Positions 17,093-22,093 of a stretch of DNA of 22,093 nucleotides are shown in pieces. Source of the DNA: Myxococcota bacterium. Its GTDB lineage: Bacteria > Myxococcota > XYA12-FULL-58-9 > JALHOP01. Position 1 is the stretch's first letter. Each line of letters opens with the position of its first letter. Where the stretch lies: NCBI GenBank assembly GCA_041288095.1, contig JBGGMJ010000113.1, positions 1 to 22,093 on the forward strand, given 5' to 3'. The position numbers and the translations under genes were made by a program. Under the pieces are notes generated by a model. It was not told the DNA's origin. It made no database searches and saw only the letters and a program-made list of their open reading frames with translations.

Positions 17093-17440
17093 TCACAGCC
17101 TGGTCGCGCGCGCCCCGGCCACACCGACGTTGAGCACACCGAGCACGAAACAAGGCGCGGCTTCGGTCAGGTCGACGAGGGCGCCGAGCAGCAGCGCGGA
17201 GACGACCGAGGAGCCCGTTTCCACCGCCCGCGTGGAATAGACGATCATTGCGTCCGGCAAGATGGCGCGCAGGAGGTGACTGAACCCCACGACCGCCTGG
17301 TCGCTCGGCGACCCACGAAGGCCCGCCAAGGGCGCCGCAAGCCGGGCGTAATCCCTGTTCTTGGCCAGGTCGTCGGCGAAGGTGCCCTCGAGCGGGACAG
17401 CCGGTGGCTGCGGGATGTCGCGACGCTTGATTACGAACAT
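17093..17440 (-). CDS. Small hypothetical protein with hydrophobic C-terminus (paralog 2)
   Basis: MFVIKRRDIPQPP...HLLRAILPDAM...GALVDLTEAAPCFVLGVLNVGVAGARA. GAGG lies 6 nt upstream of ATG 17440. Confidence 0.7.
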   Translation of the reverse strand: MFVIKRRDIPQPPAVPLEGTFADDLAKNRDYARLAAPLAGLRGSPSDQAVVGFSHLLRAILPDAMIVYSTRAVETGSSVVSALLLGALVDLTEAAPCFVLGVLNVGVAGARATRL

Positions 17441-17609
17441 GAACGACCTCGACCGCCTCGTTGGCTTATCGGCCGCCTCGCGCCCTCCGGTGTCCCGCAC
17501 CCTGCTGTCCTGGCGGCACCGCCGCTGCACCGATCCACAAACCTTCGTGGAAGCGACCCGGTCTGCGTGCTAACGTCGCCATCTCAGAACAGCTCCAGGG
17601 AGACCGGCA

Positions 17610-18014
17610 ATGGCAGTCTTGAAGCGCGACGAGGCGTACAACCCCGACCTCAACATCAACGACGTGCACACCATCCTCGGCCCCGAGAGCAGCTTCGAGG
17701 GCAAGCTGGTGTTCGACGGCACCGTCCGCATCGACGGCCGGTTCAAGGGTGAGATCCAGACCAACAACGTGCTGGTCGTCGGCCAGGGCGCCCATGTCGA
17801 AGCGACCATCGCGGTAGGCAGCGTCATCATCAACGGTGACGTCGTTGGCGACGTGACCGCCAAGCAATCCGTCGAGATCCACGCTCCCGGTCGCCTGCGC
17901 GGCAACGTGTCGACGCCGCAGATCATGATCGCCAAGGGCGTCATGTTCGACGGCACCTGCCGCATGCAGGACAAGACCGGCGCCCCGGTTACTTTGGTCA
18001 AAGAAGAAAAGTAA
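17610..18014 (+). CDS. Bactofilin (polymer-forming cytoskeletal protein), BacM-like
   Basis: HTILGPESSFEGKLVFDGTVRIDGRFKGEI...VIINGDVVGDV...LRGNV...GVMFDGTCRM is the bactofilin beta-helix pattern. GGAG SD upstream. Confidence 0.93.
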   Translation: MAVLKRDEAYNPDLNINDVHTILGPESSFEGKLVFDGTVRIDGRFKGEIQTNNVLVVGQGAHVEATIAVGSVIINGDVVGDVTAKQSVEIHAPGRLRGNVSTPQIMIAKGVMFDGTCRMQDKTGAPVTLVKEEK

Positions 18015-18075
18015 TCCCACGGCCGCGAAACGCAGCGCCCAATGGCGGTAGCGAAGCGTTAGCGGAGCTAGCGCC

Positions 18076-18864
18076 ATGAGCGATCCCAAAGCTGCTTTCG
18101 CAAGACATGTCGCCCGCATCGTCGCGGCCGGGCTCATCCCCGAGCGAGCGCGCCGGCTCGATGTGCTCGACTTGTCTTGCGGCCGCGGCGACGTGCTCCT
18201 TGAGGTCGCGGGTCGGCTCCCCTCCGGCTCGCGAGTCGTCGGTGTCTGCGACGATCGCGCCCAGCTCGATGCCCTGCACGCGCGACTCGCGATCATCCAC
18301 GGGCACCACGCGATCTTTCCGCGGCACGAGCTCCCCGATCGCTTGCCGTTCGCCGACGGCGTCTTCGATCGCGTCTGGGCGGGTCTCGCGAGCACGAGCC
18401 TGGAGCCACTGCGGCCGGTGCTCCGTCAGGCCCTGCGCGTGTTACGTCCGGGCGGTCAGCTCATCATCGTGGCGCTGTTGCGCGACACGCTGATGGACCT
18501 CATGCGCATCGCCGGCCAGTTCATGAACAATCACGAGGATTCGTTACGCATGCGCCCGCTGGCGCTCGACCACGCGCGGGCCCTCGATCGTGCCGCCTGG
18601 GAGGACGCCGTCCGCAAGAGCGGAGCGATCGACGTCGAGACCTCCACCCATCACTTCGAGCTCGAGGTCGGCACGCCCATCTCGGACGACCCGGTTTTGC
18701 TCGAGAGCATCGTGCCGGTCTGGCTCGGCGCCGACGCCAAGACGAATGCCGAGACCTTGAGCTACCTGAACGGCTTCATGAAGGCGGCCTTCATCCTGCC
18801 CATCAGCATGATCCGAGTCGTTTGCAAGCGCGGCGACGCGCCGCCTCGCGCCGCGATCGGCTGA
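18076..18864 (+). CDS. Class I SAM-dependent methyltransferase-like protein
   Basis: VLDLSCGRG, LPFADGVFD, ALRVLRPGG. Confidence 0.82.
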   Translation: MSDPKAAFARHVARIVAAGLIPERARRLDVLDLSCGRGDVLLEVAGRLPSGSRVVGVCDDRAQLDALHARLAIIHGHHAIFPRHELPDRLPFADGVFDRVWAGLASTSLEPLRPVLRQALRVLRPGGQLIIVALLRDTLMDLMRIAGQFMNNHEDSLRMRPLALDHARALDRAAWEDAVRKSGAIDVETSTHHFELEVGTPISDDPVLLESIVPVWLGADAKTNAETLSYLNGFMKAAFILPISMIRVVCKRGDAPPRAAIG

Positions 18865-18866
18865 GG

Positions 18867-19706
18867 TCAAGCCGTGGCGACGGCCGTACTGCCCGAGCGT
18901 TGCCGGCGCAGGTAGACGTAGACCGCGATAGCGGCACCGGCGACGGCAATCGAAATGTACTGCGAGGTCGACAGCAGGCCGTAGACACCGCGCTCTTTGT
19001 CGCCGCGGAAGAGCTCGATGATGATGCGGCCGAGCGGATAGATCGACAGCCACGTGAGGAAGAGCTGGCCGTGGAAGCGCTTGTACGGCCGGATCATGAG
19101 CAGCAGCCAGAAGAGCGCCAGCTCGAAGCCCGCCTCGTAGAGCTGGGTCGGGTGGACCGGCAGCGCCGACTCACCAAGCTCGACCAGCCCTTGCGACTGT
19201 TGCTGCTGGTGCGCCATCGAGGCGACCGGGAAGATGATGCCCCACGGCATCTCGGTGGGCTTGCCGAAGCAACAGCCCGCCGCGAGACAGCCGAGGCGAC
19301 CGAAGGCGTGCGCCATCGCGACGTACGGGATCATCACGTCGACGAGCTTGAAGTAGTCGAGCCGGTAACGTCGCGCGTAATAGACGAGATACACCGCCGC
19401 GCCGATGAAGCCGCCGTAGAAGACGAGGCCGCCGCGCCAGAACATGACAATCTCGAGCGGGTTCGCGATGTACTGATCGAGCTTGGTGAAGATGAAGACG
19501 ATGCGCGAGCCGATGAGGCCCGCGAGGAGCAGGTAGAACGCGAGGTCGATGAGACGATCCGGGTCTTCGCCCTCGCGACCGGCCTGACGCGCCGCGAGCT
19601 GCATGGCCAAGAGGAAGCCGGCGGCGATGAGCAGGCCGTAGACGTGCAGCGACCACGGTTCCTTGAACAGCCCGAAGAAGGTCGTCGAGAAGAGGACCGG
19701 ATGCAT
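18867..19706 (-). CDS. lgt: Prolipoprotein diacylglyceryl transferase
   Basis: YG motif, GSRI, WRGGLVFYGG, GRLGCLAAGCCFG, HPTQLYE, RIIIELFRGD. Confidence 0.96.
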   Translation of the reverse strand: MHPVLFSTTFFGLFKEPWSLHVYGLLIAAGFLLAMQLAARQAGREGEDPDRLIDLAFYLLLAGLIGSRIVFIFTKLDQYIANPLEIVMFWRGGLVFYGGFIGAAVYLVYYARRYRLDYFKLVDVMIPYVAMAHAFGRLGCLAAGCCFGKPTEMPWGIIFPVASMAHQQQQSQGLVELGESALPVHPTQLYEAGFELALFWLLLMIRPYKRFHGQLFLTWLSIYPLGRIIIELFRGDKERGVYGLLSTSQYISIAVAGAAIAVYVYLRRQRSGSTAVATA

Positions 19707-19716
19707 GTGCTCGCCC

Positions 19717-20343
19717 CTAGCGGCTCGGCGCCCGCGACTCCGCGGCGACTTTCGTCCGCTCGCGCGGCTTGTGGAACAACATATCGGCGGCCATGATCAC
19801 CACACCGACCGTTATCGCGGAATCGGCGACATTGAAGGTCGGCCAGGTGAAGCGGCTGAACCAGTGCCAGTCGATGAAGTCGATCACGTATCCAAGCCGC
19901 ACGCGGTCGAAGAAATTCCCGAGCGCGCCGCCGAAGACCAGCGCCAAGGCGAGCCGCAAACCGCGCTGCTGACCCTCGGTGCGCCGGAAGTAGACGACGA
20001 TGAAGATCATCGCCGCCACCGACACGAGCAAGAAGAACGGCGTGCGGAACCACTCGGGCGCGTCGCGCAGGAAGCTCCAGGCGGCGCCGGGATTCTCGGC
20101 GTAGACGAAGCTCCAGAAGCTCTCGGAGACGATGGTGCGGCCTTCGCGCACCGGATGATGCGTCGTCAAAAACAAACGCACTTGCTCGCCGAAGCCCGGC
20201 TCACCGGCCATGGCGTTCGTCAGGTGTTTCACCACCAGGAACTTGGTGATCTGGTCGAGGACCAAAATGGTGACGGCAATCGCGACCGCGATGCGGGCAC
20301 GCGTCGACAAGTAAAACGGGCGCGGGTGACTGTGGCGGTCCAT
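19717..20343 (-). CDS. lspA: Lipoprotein signal peptidase II
   Basis: DQITK, NPGAAWS, GGALGNFFDR, VIDFI, FNVADSAI. Start placed at ATG 20343. Confidence 0.96.
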   Translation of the reverse strand: MDRHSHPRPFYLSTRARIAVAIAVTILVLDQITKFLVVKHLTNAMAGEPGFGEQVRLFLTTHHPVREGRTIVSESFWSFVYAENPGAAWSFLRDAPEWFRTPFFLLVSVAAMIFIVVYFRRTEGQQRGLRLALALVFGGALGNFFDRVRLGYVIDFIDWHWFSRFTWPTFNVADSAITVGVVIMAADMLFHKPRERTKVAAESRAPSR

Positions 20344-20389
20344 CGAAGGTCCAGCGCTATACCCGCGCGACGGCCCTCCTAGCAACCGG

Positions 20390-21952
20390 TCAGCGGGGGG
20401 TGGGTCGCCGCTCCTGCTTTAAAGCGCGCTTGGCGGCGATACGAGCCCGGCGGGCCTCCAGGCGCTTGCGCAGGCCGTCGATGCGCACTTTGCGCGCGGC
20501 GAATCCTCGGCCAAAACGCCGGCGGGGTTGATGCGCCTCGACCGACACATCGATGGCCTGGGCCGTGCTCGCGAGCAGCCGTGGCACCGCGTCACGTCCG
20601 ACCCAACGCTTGAGCTCGGCCGCCTGCGCCGTGATCTCGACGAAGGTCATCCCCGCCCCGTGCTCGCCCCGAAGGACCTCGCGCGTCACCCACGAGCCGC
20701 TGTTCAAGTAGTAGGCGCTCTCACCGACACGATGCAGCTCGGCGAAATGCGAATGGCCGAAGGTGACGTAGCGCGCCTGCGTGACCTCGGCGAGGCGGCG
20801 AGCCGCCCGGCGCAAGACGCCGGCGATGTCGAAACGCCGATCGCGATGGCCGCGCTGCACCATGCCGATGCAGGCCGAGAGCACGAGCACCGCGAAGATG
20901 AGGCCCGCTGGACCGCCGATCACGAGGGACGTCAGCGTGCCGGCGATGGCGACCCCGGTCGCTAGCACCACGTCGAGCCAGAAGACGCGGATCATCTTGA
21001 TGACCGAATATTCGGCCGGCATCGCCTTCAAGCCGTCCATCCGCGTCAGGGTGCCGACATCATAGGGTGAGTTGGCCGCTAAAGCGTGCAGCTCGCGGCG
21101 ATGCTCGTCCCACAAGCCCAGGAGCTCGTGGCGGCGCTTCTTGCCGGCTTGGCGCAAGAGCTCGAGCATCGCCACCAAGTAGACCTTGAAGAGCACCCAG
21201 GCCTTGCGCGGGCCGAGCGACGCCATGAAGCGCAGCGCCGAGCGGCCGTCGAACTCCTCGACCGGTTGCGCGGCGTACGAGCGCAACAGCTCCGTGAAAT
21301 ACGGAATCGCCCGGTGAGCGAGCGGCATCGCCACTTCGCGGCGCGACACGTCGTCGTAGGGCGCGAGATTGTACTCGAACGAGCAGAACTCGTCGTACTG
21401 ATGACCGTGCTCGATGTGGAAAGCCGCGCCGGCGACGGTGCCCGCTTCGAACCAGGTGCGAAAGCTCATGCGCTCGGCCACCAGCTCGGCGGCGATCGGC
21501 GCTTGTTGCAGAGTCTCTTGGTGGCGATGCGCGAGCTTCATCACCGCATGGCGCAGGTCGCCGCGCACCTCGCGCCAATACACCTCGGCGTCGTGATTCC
21601 CCTCGATGATGGTGATGCGGTGCCCCTCGAGGAGAAACACCGCCAGCTCGTGAAAAAGCGGCTCATGCACTTTGACGATGCGGGCCAAGCGTTCGCGAAT
21701 GGCCGACGCCTGCTCGGCCGCCACCGATGTCGCATCACCGAGCCGCGCGAGCTTCACGAAGTCGAACATGTCGCCGTTGATGACCAGGTGCCACGCACCC
21801 TCGGGCGGCTGACGCTCGCGGTGAGAGGCGATGAAATCGGCGAGCTCTCGGTTGAGCGCGTGGACGTAGTCGGCGAGGCCCGGCGCATCCTCGTTGTAGA
21901 GGATCTCCCCCAGGTGAATATCGCTGATCACCAGGACCCGCGCGCCGGCCAT
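20390..21952 (-). CDS. Calcineurin-like metallophosphoesterase with inserted membrane hairpin
   Basis: All five motifs present: SDIH, NGDMFD, EGNHD, EHGH, FGHSH, followed by YLNSGSW. A hydrophobic segment (VVLATGVAIAG...LIFAVLVLSACIG) precedes the last motif. Confidence 0.88.
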   Translation of the reverse strand: MAGARVLVISDIHLGEILYNEDAPGLADYVHALNRELADFIASHRERQPPEGAWHLVINGDMFDFVKLARLGDATSVAAEQASAIRERLARIVKVHEPLFHELAVFLLEGHRITIIEGNHDAEVYWREVRGDLRHAVMKLAHRHQETLQQAPIAAELVAERMSFRTWFEAGTVAGAAFHIEHGHQYDEFCSFEYNLAPYDDVSRREVAMPLAHRAIPYFTELLRSYAAQPVEEFDGRSALRFMASLGPRKAWVLFKVYLVAMLELLRQAGKKRRHELLGLWDEHRRELHALAANSPYDVGTLTRMDGLKAMPAEYSVIKMIRVFWLDVVLATGVAIAGTLTSLVIGGPAGLIFAVLVLSACIGMVQRGHRDRRFDIAGVLRRAARRLAEVTQARYVTFGHSHFAELHRVGESAYYLNSGSWVTREVLRGEHGAGMTFVEITAQAAELKRWVGRDAVPRLLASTAQAIDVSVEAHQPRRRFGRGFAARKVRIDGLRKRLEARRARIAAKRALKQERRPTPR

Positions 21953-21979
21953 ACCTTCACCTCTACCAGGTGAAAGGTA
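21952..21979 (-). promoter_or_regulatory. Hairpin covering the Shine-Dalgarno of the metallophosphoesterase gene
   Basis: mRNA reads UACCUUUCACCU-GGUAG-AGGUGAAGGUA(UG): 11 bp with one bulge. Confidence 0.6.
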
Positions 21980-22034
21980 AGCCTACGACTCGAACTTCGC
22001 TGCCCGAACGGCAGACCGCGAAGAGCCGGTTAAG

Positions 22035-22093
22035 CCTCGGCGTCGTGATTCCCCTCGATGATGGTGATGCGGTGCCCCTCGAGGAGAAACACC
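22035..22093 (+). repeat. 59-bp exact direct repeat of 21583-21641 at the window end
   Basis: CCTCGGCGTCGTGATTCCCCTCGATGATGGTGATGCGGTGCCCCTCGAGGAGAAACACC occurs at both positions. Confidence 0.95.

Noticed and set aside
6989..21973. Long antisense ORFs (6989..7978, 12720..13682, 17466..18395, 18822..19796, 21086..21973)
   Set aside because: Typical stop-poor antisense frames of high-GC genes, lying opposite well-supported CDSs.

Overview
High-GC bacterial chromosomal segment, most likely Myxococcota-like (inferred from the BacM-type bactofilin, the lspA-lgt pair and the gene order). It covers the chromosome-partitioning locus. Left to right: a large orphan minus-strand ORF that runs off the left edge and is absent from the ORF track; lpdA-ribF-aroE-CBS protein; a minus-strand cluster mnmE-mnmG-[glycoside hydrolase and small membrane protein on the opposite strand]-two parS sites-rsmG-[590-bp non-coding gap]-parA-parB-GT4 glycosyltransferase; a HAMP class III adenylate cyclase; two small tandem paralogous orphans; bactofilin; a SAM methyltransferase; and lgt, lspA and a metallophosphoesterase (minus strand). 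Most unusual non-coding signals: (1) two inverted copies of a ~150-nt rod-shaped element in the rsmG-parA gap, with a conserved base but unrelated ~80-nt apical hairpins; (2) three copies of GATCRTTTTTGATCG around rsmG/parA; (3) a candidate rsmG promoter wedged between two perfect parS palindromes; (4) a sigma28-like CCGATA motif ahead of several orphan genes. The last 59 bp exactly repeat an internal stretch, probably an assembly artefact. No rRNA, tRNA, CRISPR array or transposase was recognised. All matches were made by eye.
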